Both the position numbers and the translations under genes were made by a program. A DNA stretch of 62,954 bases, filler included, from Choristocarpus tenellus KU-1152 (taxonomy: Eukaryota; Protista; Phaeophyceae): the NCBI GenBank assembly GCA_964200185.2. It is 12 parts of 12 records of this genome, joined end to end, with 100 filler letters (N's around TTAATTAATTAA, not from the genome) between each part and the next. Parts side by side here need not be neighbours in the genome. Positions count along the whole stretch, not along the records: positions 12,245 to 19,069 come from CAXNAD020007265.1; positions 19,170 to 26,644 come from CAXNAD020006098.1; 10 more parts are not named here. One strand, 5' to 3'. Shown here piece after piece: positions 12,754 through 26,329 of this stretch; position 1 is the first letter of the stretch, and the number at the start of each line of letters is the position of its first letter. The notes below the pieces were generated by a model. That model was not told the DNA's origin and ran no database searches. It was given only the letters and a program-made list of their open reading frames with translations.

Positions 12754-14100
12754 TGTGCAATATAGGCTAGGTAGTCTATAGAGTCTTACGTGTTTAGTGA
12801 CCAACACTACACAACAGAATTATTGACTCAGTAGTTTAACTTGCGTAGTGTAACTGTCACAAACATATTTCTGACGTGCTTGCTGACATACACAAGAGAT
12901 AATAAGAGAGAGCACCGAGTGCAATAGATAAAGCACCGAGGGCAATAGATAACGAGGCAGAGCACCCCCCACCTTGAGGGATGTGCTCACTCCGCTAATA
13001 AATACATCCATACAGCATAACGAAAAGACTGTATTGGAAGAGCTCTCTTTTGCATAGGTTATGAGCCTCACACGAATCACCTTCGCAGGGAAATCAAACC
13101 TATAGATTATGCTCATTGGTATGTAAGCGAACCCCCGTATGCTGCCACTGTGGAGTGGAGCACGGGGGCATACAAGGGAGAAGTGGGCAGAATGGCGGAC
13201 GGCACTGGTGAGCTATGCGGGCGGCAAGATGCTGTACTGCATCCTACAACCAGCATACCGCATTCCTGCACCTCCCACAGCTGATATATCATTTGAGGAA
13301 CGCTGCGCGTACGATGAATATGCCAGGCATCGCAAAGTCTGGTGGTTCCTGCCGGGACAGGCCACGAGGGGTGCTGCAGCTATGGTGGTCAGCTTGTATG
13401 GTCAACACGTACGAGAGGAGGCAGCCCCATCAGTAGGGCAGCCTATCTCGAATTAGAGCAGATATATGGGGGGCGCGCTACTGTTCAGCGGCCCATGCAG
13501 CTCATAGCTCCAGAGATGAAATTGTGCGACATGTACTGCTCGTCAGTGGAGGACACTGCAGGTCTCGTCATTTGTCTTGATCATATCTGGACAAGAGTAC
13601 GAGCAGCTGGAGGCAGCCAAGGTCATGCCAAGAAAGGAGCACTGATCATTGGTATCAGGGACAGCATGCTGTAGGTATTTGCAGATGTGTCCGTGTGGAG
13701 GACGAGAGATCCCCATGCAGCTCGACAAGAAAGGAGCTCTGATCATAGGCATCAGGGACAGCATGCCGCAGGCATTTGCGCAGACGTGTCGGTGTGAGGA
13801 CAAGAGATCCCCATGCAGCTCGACAAAGGATGCACGGAGGACGAGAGATCCCCGTGCAGCTCACCGGAATACACTCGTGGAGGATTAGATCCCGGTCCAT
13901 CTCAACAGAGGACGTGCGTAGGACGAGATCCCCGGGCAGTTCATTACAAAACCTGATATAAGCTGCAGGAAGCTGAAACGGGCAAATAGTATTATCATTG
14001 TCGTCCCAACAAAGTGGACCTGCACCTTCGACACAAATGGGAAGTTGGAGGCTAAGCAGACATGGGATATGGTACAATCAGTGACTAAGCCTCCACCAGA
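12754..14100 (+). mobile_element. Ty1/copia 5' LTR (12754-13056), PBS (13057-13067) and degenerate gag
   Basis: LTR TGTGCAATATAGG...TGCATA then GGTTATGAGCC. The gag KWAEWRTALVSYAGGKMLY...RGAAAMVV is homologous to ORF 38317-38577. Confidence 0.75.
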
Positions 14101-14449
14101 AAGAAAGGAGGAGTTAACCTCGGGGAGCCTGGGAGCACTCTAGCCGCTGGGACCATAAACTCGTGGAAGAGAAAACAGAAGGTCAGCGGAGGAGGCGGAC
14201 AAGGTACCACTGGTGAACGTACGGACCATATCACAACAGGATCCCCTACCAGAGATGAGATCAGGACTAACAGAAGGAGCTTAAACTGTGGATTGATCAA
14301 GCATATTGGTCCATGGTTCTTTCAAAGGAATATGCTACAACTGCGAAGGTAAAGGAGACCTTCAGATCATTTGTCGCCAGAGGAGAGCGACACCGTCTAA
14401 ATAGGCGGAGGAATTAACTAGACCAGGTACCCAGAGCACATCCTGGAGC

Positions 14450-14625
14450 AACAATGTGGATGAAAGGAACATTCATAGAGGGAGAGGTTTTGACATGGGG
14501 AAGAAATCCTATCAAGACTAAATCTTAATTTAAGACAAAGCCAACAGCTGAGGGGACCACTGAACAGTTCAAGGCCAGATTGGTGGCACAGGACTTCACT
14601 CAACAAGAGGACGTACAATACATTC
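14450..14625 (+). mobile_element. Copia RT fragment
   Basis: Closely similar to the reverse complement of 11340-11490 ([14 protein letters not shown]). Confidence 0.8.
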
Positions 14626-15199
14626 AATTATGATAGGCTTCAAGACTGGGGGAGTGAGTGTTACGTCAACAAAAGAAACAATGGATAATTAGGGCCTGGT
14701 AAGGTATGGAGACTAAGACTGGGGGCAATGACACTACATCAAGGCGGGGCACGACAGGGCATCATTATGCTGGCACGTGTGGATCCCGCAGGAAGGTAAA
14801 GCTGGTGACCTTAGCACAGGTGACCTTCCAGCCTGAAACCAAACTGCTGGAGCTAGTGGGGGAGTCAGAGCTAGACATACTTGGAGAGTCAGAATTCGAT
14901 GAAGACATGAACATGGATATACAAGACGAAGAAGAGGCTTCCACAATAGAAAGCGAGGCAGACATAACTGGGAGTAAGAGCCAAAATATTGGGCGTGGGG
15001 CTCAATATGCAAAGCGCTCAACATCCCCCCACAGTCAAGAAATTCCCAGGATGAGACAAAGACTGGCGTGGACTGCAACACGTTTTGCGCTAAGTAGCAG
15101 GGATATTGGATGTCTGCATTCACTGTAATCGAGGGGACAAATATATGAACGAGAGAGATGAAGAACTCCTGGTGGGGACTCTGATTGAGGCACTGAATC

Positions 15200-17900
15200 A
15201 CAAACACGCAGAAGTGCTACAGTATACATACTATTATTATTCAACGGATCACTGATTGCCTGGCGCTCCAAGCTTCAAGGGGCAGTCACCCTCTCCAGCT
15301 CAGAGGCAGAGTGAACAGCAATGGCATATGGCATGCGCTGATGATTTGGGAGAATCGGGTCAACGATCGTCTGGACAAACTCCCCGAAGGAAGAAGAAGA
15401 ATGGCAAAGGGAACGGGAGTGGCAATGCAGGCAGCACTGGTGAAGCTGGTGATGGTGAACAGAAATCAAGTGCTACACCAGTTCAGCTTGGAGGATTCTC
15501 ATCGGTGAGCAATGATGAAGGTATTGTGGGGAAGTGGATGGACTTTGGTTCTTTGACAGTGGGTGTTCGGTTCATATGACAAACAGTCCTACTGCTCTGA
15601 TAGATCCAAGGCCTCTGTGGTAGGGACATCGGTGACTGTTGCGGATGGAAAGGTTCTACAAGTTTCAGCCACAGGTAATTTGTCACTATCTTGTGTACAG
15701 AATGGAGAAGGTTCAAACTTCATCTTGCTCAATGTGTCATTTGTTCTGGGTTAAAATTTAATATCTTCTTAATGATACAAGCGGGGAAACAATCTGGGGG
15801 AGAATTACATTGGAAAGGTGAAAATTCTCTGCGATTGAACCCCTTCTTCTGGAGGACCTGGATTGGAATTTGTGAAGACAAGCGGGAAGAATTATGAATT
15901 GTTTACATTGAAAGCGAATCGAAGAAGCTTCTTGACAATTCCTGACCTGCCCACAAGACAACTACTTGAAGTACCTGACATGACAGAGAGGATTGTGTCA
16001 GGACTAGTTCTAGCCGAGGGGGGAGTGGGAACAGACGCACTCGCCCTGACAAGGGCTGGAGGAGATAACGTCACAGGTGGGAAATCTGAGGATACTGTAA
16101 TGTCAGAGGATGTTGCAGCGACAGGAGTGCATACCCTTGAGGGGGTTTCAGGAGATGCCATCGACCCAGGGGGAACTATTGATGAGGAGAGGCCTCCCCA
16201 AGAAGTGACTGCAGTACATGTTGACCTGGAACGATCGACTGGAGCCCAAGCAACGTCAGAGGAGGATGTTGTAGCATTTGATGAGCTCGCCCGGGGTGGG
16301 GCTGGAGCATTTGTCACTGCCCCATCGGGGCTGAGTGGGGGAATGAGACCCACTAGGAGTATGGACATACATCAAATGCATCATCAGCTAGGTCATTTTC
16401 CATGAGGTGATGGTACACAGGTACGCCAAGGAACGTGGGATCAATCTCACTGAAGAGTGGCAACAATGCTGCAAGGGGTGCACTATTGGCATGGCTTATT
16501 GGAAATCAGTACCCAACGCAACAGAGAGACAAATAGTCAGTCAACATGCGTGAAACTATGTTTGGGAACGTTGTTCTGTCTCTGGGATTAACAAGACTGG
16601 GGATGGAATCTTGGAGGAGAAACAAGACGACTTTGGGCTGAGCACTGAAGATTTGGTGCAGGAGGAAATTTCTTTGGGATCGGAAAAACAGGTTCCAGAG
16701 GGGAAAAGACTTCAAACGGCGTGTCTTCGGAAAAAGTGGGTTTGGATTTGGAAATGGAAGTATTGATGGGATGCTGAACACTGGTGCTGGTGGTATGGAT
16801 CTAACTACGTCACAGCAGGGGAGTGGTGGAAAGTTGTTACTGCGACTAGTGGACCATAACCACGACCCCCCATCTGAACCTGGTGAACCATTGGAACGGA
16901 CACTAAGGTATGAGCGAAGACTGGCTGGTCTACTTGTGGATGGGAAAGATAAACCCCTCCCACCAGAACCTAAGACCATGAAAGCAGCGACAGAGTCTTA
17001 GGAGTGACCTTTGTGGAAAGCTGCTATTGATGAAGAAGTGGATGATCTGGATAGCAGGGGAGTGTGGATTCAAGTACCTCGCCCCACTGATGGTCACAAG
17101 GCACTAGGGACAAAATGTTTTTTGACCGAGGCAGATGGATGGAAAAGGGAGAGAGCAGAGGTCCAAGGCGGGACTAGGACAACTAGAATTCTCTGCAGGT
17201 GGAAACTTTGCTGCTGGAACAGGGAAACCCAGACACTTGGAGTGGATCGGAGTTTGGAGTTAGTGAATCGGCATTTTTTGTGGAGAATCCAAGTTGGCCT
17301 GATTGGTTGAATGCTAGGAGAGTGATTGGGTAATGATGGTGCAATCAAGATTGCTAAGAAGGCAGTATCTGGGGGTAGAACCAAGCACATTGATATTAGG
17401 TATCACTACGTACGCCAGTGAGTCAAAGTATCTTAGAGGGTAGGGCCTCGTCCATTTGGGGGCCAAAAACCGATGTTGCCATTTTGATGTAATTTTGGCT
17501 ATCATGTTTGTTGGGAAGTGTCAATATCCTTGTTCCGGACACACGTTTTCATGACGCATACATTCTACCTACTCCGAACCATGAAAATGTCATAAAAATA
17601 CGCCATGGGAAGTCAAGCCCCAAATGGACAAACAGAGAAAAACTCGTACCCTCTAAGATACTTTCACTCAGTTGGAGAGGGAAGGCAAGATAGCAATCGG
17701 GTATTTGCCAACGGAGTTTCAACATGCTGATCTTTTTACTAAGGGTTTGTCTAAGGAGTGTTTCAATAGGCATTCCAGTGTTATCATGCGTAGAATGAAG
17801 TGGAATTGATTTCTGGTTTAAGATATGTCAAAGAATGTTTTGAGGTGATGTTTTTCACTTGAAGCTCAAAGCAGGGAAGTGTGTTAAGAATATGCTTTTT
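15200..17900 (+). mobile_element. Internally deleted Ty1/copia pol: protease, pre-integrase, RT start, RNase H, PPT
   Basis: WIFDSG-like site and VTVADGKVLQV (15535-15680), HHQLGHF (about 16380), PEPKTMKAA..LWKAAIDEE (16960-17040), RTKHIDIRYHYVRQ|LEREGKIAIGYLPTEFQHADLFTKGL across the MITE, purine tract then TG at about 17880. Confidence 0.88.
17420..17669 (+). mobile_element. MITE family A full-length copy, TSD AGT
   Basis: Removing the element plus one AGT restores the RNase H frame (CGC CAG TTG GAG AGG). Confidence 0.96.
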
Positions 17901-18276
17901 ATTCCTGTGTAAAATATGATTATGTGGGAGAAACATTGAGTTGTTGAACTATGTTGGATAACAGGATAATTGATAGTAATGTCTATGTCAGGTGACAATG
18001 AAAATATTGTCCGGGTTATTATAGTATAACAAGAATAATCCTAGGAAAGGAATGTTGCAGCAAGTAACATAGCAAGTAACATAGCAACTAATCATGGACT
18101 GAGTGACGTGTAATTAGAATATGTGAATCGTAAGGTGATGACCCCCTTTGAGCATTGAAGTTCACTCTCCTTCCTTACACCTCCCTTACTTAATGCACAA
18201 CCTGTTCTGCATAATATGGAATTAATCGAGTCATTTACATACACAAGTTTTGGGAACACCAATTTCTTTAACACAG

Positions 18277-18426
18277 CCCAAGGAGTATGTTGGACAGGTT
18301 AAGGGGATGAAACAGATTTTGCAAGAGACAGGTTGTTTTTCCCAGGGATGACCAAGGGCGGGGGCACGGACAGGAATAAGAGCATGAGCATGGCGTACGT
18401 TCTTGGGGGGCAGCTGGATTTCAAGG
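18277..18426 (+). pseudogene. DDE transposase remnant (IS630/Tc1/mariner-like)
   Basis: PKEYVGQVKGMKQILQETG and SMAYVLGGQLDFK recall the KGM.Q.L.ERG...VL..Q.DF segment of such transposases. Catalytic residues are absent. Confidence 0.5.
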
Positions 18427-19045
18427 TGGTAGGTAGAACCGAGTCTTAAGTTTGGACAGGGTGTACAAGACATTTAAGTCTCACAGGAGGCCTGCATCTT
18501 CAGAATACCTTTTTTGACTTGACATGGATTGTCTGGTTTAGAGGCCTGGGCTCCCATGAGTGAGCCTTAGCCAGCAGTTGATAACATTGCATAAACGGGA
18601 AATAATGGAAGGAGAATGGAGAGACAACAACGTCCATGTTCTCCAGGTGAAGATGGCCTCTTGTGGGGTCAAAATCATCCTTAAATGCGTTGTTCACGCG
18701 CGGTGTACTTGATTTAAGTATGGTCCTGTATTTCTCACGGTTACTGCAAGTTGACCAACTGAGACCCATCAAATAAGGTTAAGCATACTGATGCGATTAC
18801 AACAAACGGATTTGCATGAAAAAATTGTTGATAATCAAAAGTTATGGCGTGACAAAGTTGATGCAGGAGGCGACTGCCAACACTGTAACATGTGAAAATA
18901 TATATTTTTTCTTTATGGGGGTTGCCAAAGTTATGTTGGATTTAATTCCGAAAGTAGGAAGTATCAGTGAGTACACCTTAACCACACCATACCTTCCTCC
19001 TAATGCCCATTTTTCCCCCAAACTCGAATTAATCCAAGAGTTTGA

Positions 19046-19069
19046 GGGTCAAAGTATCTGGGGGGGGGG
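19046..19069 (+). mobile_element. MITE family B terminus (cut by contig end)
   Basis: GGGTCAAAGTATCT followed by poly-G. Confidence 0.8.
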
Positions 19070-19239
19070 NNNNNNNNNNNNNNNNNNNNNNNNNNNNNNN
19101 NNNNNNNNNNNNNTTAATTAATTAANNNNNNNNNNNNNNNNNNNNNNNNNNNNNNNNNNNNNNNNNNNNCGTTTTCGCAAAACAACCATCCTCATAGTCC
19201 CGCGCCATCCTCAATTTTGAGGATCCCCTGTTCACATAG

Positions 19240-19900
19240 TATTATAAATATTATATTATTATCCCCTCTCACATTTTCCAGATGTGTGTCATCATAAAAG
19301 CCAATTCAATATCACAAGAAATTCTGTAAAAGTAACAGTTGTCGTAAATGTAAACGATATCTCTTTAAAATCTACTTACTATTTGACTAACGACTATGTT
19401 ACACCAATCCCCTGGTATACCTCCAACCTAGGTTAGCCCTACACCACGGGGTGAGGAGCTAGGGAAGCATCACAAGAATCTGACAGGCCCCTCCTTGCCC
19501 ATCTCCCTGGTATCTCCACCATAAAACGCATGGCACGTCTTGATAGGGCCACTTGTGTTGTGACAGACACTATCTGTCGTAAACGGGATTTGACTGCACC
19601 TTACCTGCTGCAGCCTTCCGCCCCTCTCCCTCGTAACACGTGTGTAGTCAACTCATCTGGAAAACTTTCTGCTTGCTTACCAAGGCACGCAAAACTTCCA
19701 TTGCGAAGGTATTGAGGTTAAGACTACGAGGTTCAAAAGAACCCTCGTAGTGGGTGCACTTTCGTGCCTCAGCAGCAGCAGCAGCTACACCATTGCTGAT
19801 GGATGAGTGGGGCAGATGGGAGGCTGCTTGCACTTCTGCAAACGTAACATCTAGGAGGAGGCCTTTATCCCAGTAGGGAGCTGATCTGACGTCCGCAAGT
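19240..19900 (-). mobile_element. RLE-type non-LTR retrotransposon 3' end (endonuclease C-terminus, 3' UTR, TAA-rich tail)
   Basis: DKGLLLDVTFAEVQAASHL..AAAAAEARK..HY and KSRLRQIVSVTTQVALSRR. The UTR recurs at 20455-20660, 20720-20850, 26330-26440 and 55890-56200. Confidence 0.8.
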
Positions 19901-20454
19901 GATCGACCAACGCAAACCCCCTTCACCACTGATCTACAGTCACCACCACTTTCCATTCCACCACACCATTCAACACCACTCCACAATAATCCAAAAACAC
20001 CCCTTCGTCATTAACTTCAATACCGTGCCTTTGAGCTAGAAGACATGTACCCCGCCTGAGCTTGACCTCCCCCCCCTGTTCCCCAGCATCCCAGTCGGTT
20101 GGTGAGCAATCGAAAGGGTGGGTGGGTGGGAAAGATTGCTCGGAGGTTACCTTGTTCTAGCCCTGCTTGTCCTGTCCCACCAACTCTAAGTTTTCCTTAT
20201 GTTCTGATCCATCCCTTCCTACCTCATGCTTCCACCTACCTTCTTCAACTTCTCCCCTACCTCTTCTACCTCCTAGTCACCCAGTACTTAACTCTTCGTC
20301 CACCTTCTCATTATTTTCTTTTTACCCTAACCAGTCCTATATTCCCCATTCATCATTCCCTCCATTCATTATTCTCCTGTTGTTGTTCTCAAAACTCAGA
20401 TTACTTCATAAACTTTGCCATTACGAATATTCTCCTCACCTCGAGGTGCAGGAA

Positions 20455-20850
20455 TAACTAGGTTAGAGGCACAGGAGTGGTACAGCGTACCTGGTAGTAT
20501 AACACTAAATCGATCAGTTTTTCTCACATTTATGACAACCATTACTTTTTAGGGATTTTTCTGACATGTAAATAGTTTTCATTGGTTTTTGCCTTGACAC
20601 ATCTCCATAATGTCTGAGCGCAAAATAATACAATAGAGGGCATAATAATAATACAATATATTATACGTAAAAATAGTATGGTACAACAACGGTAGAGGTA
20701 GTATGTACCATATATGTTATTTTGTTATTATACCCTACTATGACATTTTCCAGATAATAGATGTGTGAGGGAAAAAAACAATGAAAAGCCAACGAGATAT
20801 CAGAAACCCTCAAAAAGTAACAGTTGTCCTAGATGCGAAAGACATTTTTG
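20455..20850. mobile_element. Two non-LTR 3' UTR copies, tail to tail
   Basis: 20530-20660 (+, ends GAGGGCATAATAATAAT) is the inverse of 20720-20850. Both match the UTR at 19250-19360. Confidence 0.65.
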
Positions 20851-23389
20851 TATGTATGTAATAGCAGAAGAGTAAGTGAAAGAGGAGTTTCAATGAAACC
20901 CCCATTTTGTTGATAGATGATGTATGTTAAAATACTTCGAGTAGATGATGACGAGATAAACCTGCAACATCTTCTGTAAGAAAGCGCACACCAGCGACAG
21001 CTCTTTCGGCCTTACTTACTTGAGGCCAGTCCCTGTTGTCTTGTGTTTTGCTTGTATCGGTCACCCATCATAACTCTTCTTATCTCTTCTCCAGCATACA
21101 AAAGGCTCTATCATACGACAGGCGAGATTGCTGACTTGGCGTGTACCACTTGATCATATTTCCTAGAGTCTGGAATCAACACCCTTTCTTTATTGATCCG
21201 GGTCTATGTTTTATTCTGGGGGTATTAAGAGTAAATTTCCCGAGGAAAAATCAGTCAGGTCAAACTCCGATTGTATTCTGTGGTTGGAAGGTCTTCCTTT
21301 TGAAGGTCGGATACCCAACCCAATCCACCCGAACCCATCATAGGTTGTATTGTAGGTTGTACGTGAGCTGCGACCACGAAAAAACGAAGTCTAGGAACGA
21401 CAAGCCGCACGTTGGGGAAGCAGAAGCTCGCCCAACGTTGACAGATATATGGATTAGATGTCGAAATGAGAGAGGTCATGTTCAAAGTGCTTCTCTCGAT
21501 GAGACTACTCGCGCTAGCGCCCTTGTTGTCTGAAGCTCACCCGACTCCGCATCGCCATAATATATTTGCTCCTACCTTAGCTAAACATTGCCGTGAGGAT
21601 AAACATGATGGATTAAGAAGCTCTTTTCTCGTAAATGACTTGTCCACGAACATTGGAACACTTACACGTAATGCAAACCTCTTCTCGTTTCTCAGCCACC
21701 GTAGAACGACATGACGGAGGCTTGGCGAAAAGTGGTTGTCTTGGTCGCACTAGGCTTATTATGTTGGGCGGCTAATCTGCATAATGCTGAATTTACGCCA
21801 GAACCCTCCTTCTCCAAAACTAGAAACAACCGTCTACGCCCCATCAGGCGGCGGCATGTGAGGTACATGCCTGAGATCACCCCCAGGGCTTGGTGAGAAC
21901 AACATCCATCAATTTGTTTGGGTCATAGAATTGTTTGTATTACTGCGTTGGCACTCTAATCTCTCGTTGCGATCAGTACCAACAAGTAGCGAATACGTTG
22001 ACCAAGTTGTCACTCATGGTGCAGCCACTACTCCCAATAATTCACAACCCCGATCAACTCGGTTTCTGCCTCATTAGTAGTAGTGGGAAGCATGAAACCC
22101 CAAACTGACTACAGTGAGGAGTTGTTTTCTTGTGGTTTATTCCTAATCGGAGTCTCCACAAGAAACTTGAACTCACACACGTCATGCAATCAACCCGCCA
22201 CCTCATCATCCCTTCTAACTGATTTGCCCTCGACTGACAGTCGATGCTTGGGTGGGGAGAGCAACTTCTCTGCCCTACCCTTATTTCCAATGATAGATTG
22301 GATATCGAACTCAAACACATCCGCCAGGGGGGAACACTTGCATGAGTTTTGCACTTGTTTGTTGTTTCCTTGTTCTGTCACTCACTGTGGTATCGCGGGA
22401 GAAATCACACGGAGTACTTCGTACAACCTTATCTTGTTGCCCGTGACACGCTCCTCGATATTGGGCATGATCCGAGACAGGGCAGGACATCTCATCAGCA
22501 CACTGCTTCCGCGGCCAGTCATGAACATCATCCTCAGAGTTCACAACCTGCTCAAGAGGCTCCCAGAGCCTGTCACAGTCTTGGCACACCAGTCGCCAGG
22601 GAGCAAGGTGAGATCTTCACTAACTTGTACTGAAAAAAATGAGGTGCAAATAACAGGTGGTACTCGCGAGATTTGCGAGTGCTTCCTTGGCATCACTGTG
22701 AGCGAATCCGTTTGCATTAATCGAACTCAGTGATTGCCATCGTAGTAAGAGACGAAGACCAACAACTCAGAAGGGACTGAAGGGTAAGAAAAAAAATATC
22801 AGTGTCATCAAAATTGACTCACCCTCACTTGATGTCCCCTAACTTTTACATACCCCAGCCTGTATCCCAACTGAAGTAACAGCCTCATTAACAAAACAGG
22901 AGCGAGAGGGCACTTTGGCATCAAAGGCACTGCGGCGGGGCAATACCCTCAAACAGATCCAGGCTGACTCTCCAATGATGCGGGTGTCCATCCTTGGCTG
23001 TATAGTAATCCTTTCATCAGCTGCAGCAATTTGGAGTTTTTTCTCAGCTAGAAGGGTGAGATCTGAGCTGAATCAACACAGCTATTTCATGCAATTCCCT
23101 CTGTCTTCCTTGCAGCAGTTCACTGAGGGGTTGATGGGAAACCTAAGGGGATACGACACAGTGTTGCTGTCGCAGGACGTCCGTACGTGAGAGCCCCACT
23201 CTAATCTGAGTGCGTGGACAACATCCCTGTCATAGCGGTACCTCTCACACATTCTTCTCAACAGGGTTGTGTTAAACGCACTGTATTGTGTAGTATCAAG
23301 TGCACCAAATACCATGATTACATCTGGCAAACTGTGCACAAGGAGCTGTTTTTACAATGGGACTCATACAACTATAGGAACTTGCACAT

Positions 23390-23648
23390 GAGTCAAAGTA
23401 TCTTAGAGGGTAGAGCCGCGTCCATTTGGGGGCCAAAATCCAGTGTTGCGATTTTGATATAATTTTGGCTGTCATGTTTTTTAGGAAGTGTCAATATCCT
23501 TGTCGCGGACACACCTTTTCACAACATACACATTTTACCTACTTCAAAATATTATGGAGTAAGAAAATGTCATAAAAACACCCGAGGGAAGGCAAACCCC
23601 TAATGGACAAACAGGGCAAAACTCGTACCCTCTAAGATACTTTCACTC
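23390..23648 (+). mobile_element. MITE family A full-length copy, TSD CAT
   Basis: CAT|GAGTCAAAGTATC...GATACTTTCACTC|CAT. Confidence 0.96.
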
Positions 23649-25634
23649 CATGTCCAAATAGGTTATCGCCACGCGCGCTGCAGCAGCTCTACGTATCCAG
23701 GCACTCTGGAGGGGGGCACTAGCACGGGATATTCTCCAGGAGCAGTGTCGGCAGCATCAGGCAGTGGTCAGAATTCAGGAATGGTGGAGGAGGGCTGTCC
23801 AGAAGATCCAAGAGCCACCGAATATGAACATACTGTTTATGTTTCAGCGACAAGTGGTCAAGCTATGGATGTCAATCTGGAGGCAACCTGACTAAGAGAG
23901 CATAGGCAGGTGTGGAGGTTGTACTCAGGGTTGGTCTTGAAAAAAACAGAGTGCTGTTTTTGCTGGTGTATGTTTTTTTTGTTGTTGGAACACTGATTTT
24001 TCTACCTTTTTACATTACTGTTCATGCCGACTCTCATCAACAAATCAAAACTCAGACAAGCGCGTTAGAACAAAGGTGTGACAGCCGAGAGATTATAGCT
24101 AAGAGAATATTCCGCAGGAGACAACCTGTGTCCAACACTGCCGCAATGCTACCGCCACCCTCCCAAGTCAAGTATTATTTTTTTGCATTTCAATCTTACA
24201 ATGCCATCTCCGCTTGTCACCTTCTCTTCCCACCGAGGCAGGGTGAGAAGGCCGAGAAGGAGAAGAGGCATATTAGCAGGACCTGTGGAAAGAGGGATGG
24301 CCGCACCATTGGGGATAGTATGGGAAAGCAGTCTTGATCCCTCCACCACGTTTCTCGATCTATACAACACTCTCTTGCTGACGTTTGCTCCCACTAAGAG
24401 TCTGTTGGCTAGGAAACCAAAACACAGAGGATGCGAAAAAGACAGAAGAGACCAAACTTGTGATAAAATATATGATGCCTTGGAAGGGTGGACTAAGGTC
24501 CAACAAATATGACGTGGTGGTAGAGCCCACCTTTGCGTAGTATTATTTGCTTCTCTAAGGTTACCTTTTTTGTTTTAGCCCTTGTAAAGTAATCGATCAC
24601 TTCCCCAATGACACTACCTCAACAAGACGTTTATCTGGCAAGCCTACCTGGGCCCGCACATAGCTATGGTTCATTTGGAAGAGAGCCAATGCAAGCAAAT
24701 CAATCCCACAATCCTGCCCCCCCCAAAACTTCGAGGAGAGTGCACCAACAGCAAAAGGTCATAATCCATTGCCAGAGTGTAGGGGTGGGTTTAGTCATTG
24801 ATTTTCATTGGGTATTGAGACACATTACTGGTAGTAGTGGTGACTACCTAGAAAGAGAACGTGGAGAGGGGGCGATGCCCCTCGACAGAGCCATCCCAGC
24901 AGACCCTGCCTCTGTACACATATCAATTTTGATATTTTTTACAAGGCATGCTGGTGACTACAAACAGGGTTGCTGATTACAGGAACAATTGGCTGCTTAG
25001 ATTCTGTTTGCAGATCCCTAGAACATTCATCCTGCTTCCAGAAATAAAAATAAAGCTTACGTATCTTCGCATTGACAAGCGCACTAGGAACACCGAAAAC
25101 GAGACATGATGATAAGATACAGAAAAAACAAGCAATGCTCTTTCCTAATCATCACTGAATCTCTGTTCCAAACCACACGAAGGATATGTAAGTATGTGCA
25201 TTGAGAAAGTCAAGAGTTTTGTATGCAGTGAAAGTCAACGTTTTATTGTACATAATATAACAATAGCGTGTTTGCGCAAAATGAAATACACTATAAAAAA
25301 AGTCTTATGTATCACCCCATCATATAGTATTAGAACTACCATATAAACATATCATGGCATATCATAAGACGTTTTAGATAGTGAATTACATTTTGCGAAA
25401 GCACCCCAATATACTATATGTAGATATTTACCCTTCGTGAATAGTGAATGGAGTATTTGGGTGCTTGTACACCATACAGCTGTGATAGAAGTGAGACCAG
25501 AGACTTGGGTGATTGTTCACCTAGGGTTCCTAGATGTCAAGGACAAATAATCCCAAGGTATGCGCTCAGAACGTGAGGAACTCTATAAAGACTATGGACT
25601 TTTGTGGCAGATTCTGTGAGCAGGTAATAATTTA

Positions 25635-25892
25635 GAGTCAAAGCAGACGAGAGGCCAGGGTTGCATTCTAAGGATGGTGAGAGATGTACAAAATTTCTCT
25701 TTTTGTACAAATGAGAATAGAAAATTTTCTGAATTGTGTGGAAAATTATATTTCAATAGAGAAATCGACCTTATTATGAAGTCAATCTTAGCACTCCATC
25801 GATAGAAATGAGGGCGAATTGAAAAAGACAAAAATGAGTGACTCAAGATGCAAAGCGACAAAAACCTGAGTACCTCTCGTTTACTTTGACTC
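25635..25892 (+). mobile_element. MITE family C full-length copy (258 bp), TSD TTA
   Basis: TTA|GAGTCAAAGCAGACGAGAGG ... CCTCTCGTTTACTTTGACTC|TTA; 20-bp TIR with 2 mismatches. Confidence 0.88.
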
Positions 25893-26329
25893 TTAGGATG
25901 AAAAACAGAACGCAACCTTTGGGAAAGGGTCAGGCCCTTGATGAAGAGGTTGACTTCCAGTAGACCTTAAGATGTATTGAATGAGCAAGTTTGATACAGA
26001 AAAATATAGTTCGATAAGATAGTTGGAATATTTGTTGAATTGGAATGAGGATGCTAGATTGGTTTTAAGAAGGTATTTTGTCCCGAAGTCTTGTGGGTGA
26101 AAATTATTTGCTTATAAAGAAGTTAGATCCTCGTTGCTACACTTGCGTTATAATTTTCACTAAGTAATCCTCAACCTTACGCTCAAGGGTATTGCTGAAA
26201 ATACACCGCTACAAACATCGTAGTATTGGATAATATATGGTTACCATTCGCATGTATTCAGGTTGTGTGTTCATCCAAATAAAACATGTACAACATAGAT
26301 GGTGAAGTAACAAATAGTGTTTTCACGTT

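Noticed and set aside
17508-17693. Repeated small ORFs (LGSVNILVPDT, KWTRLYPLRYF, SESILEG)
   Set aside because: Chance translations of MITE A; frames are not conserved between copies.
20530-20850. Long-TIR foldback MITE
   Set aside because: Each arm matches the non-LTR 3' UTR seen singly elsewhere, so two tail-to-tail insertions explain it.
21000-24980. Several 60-216 aa ORFs
   Set aside because: No recognisable family and candidate splice phases were inconsistent; left unannotated.
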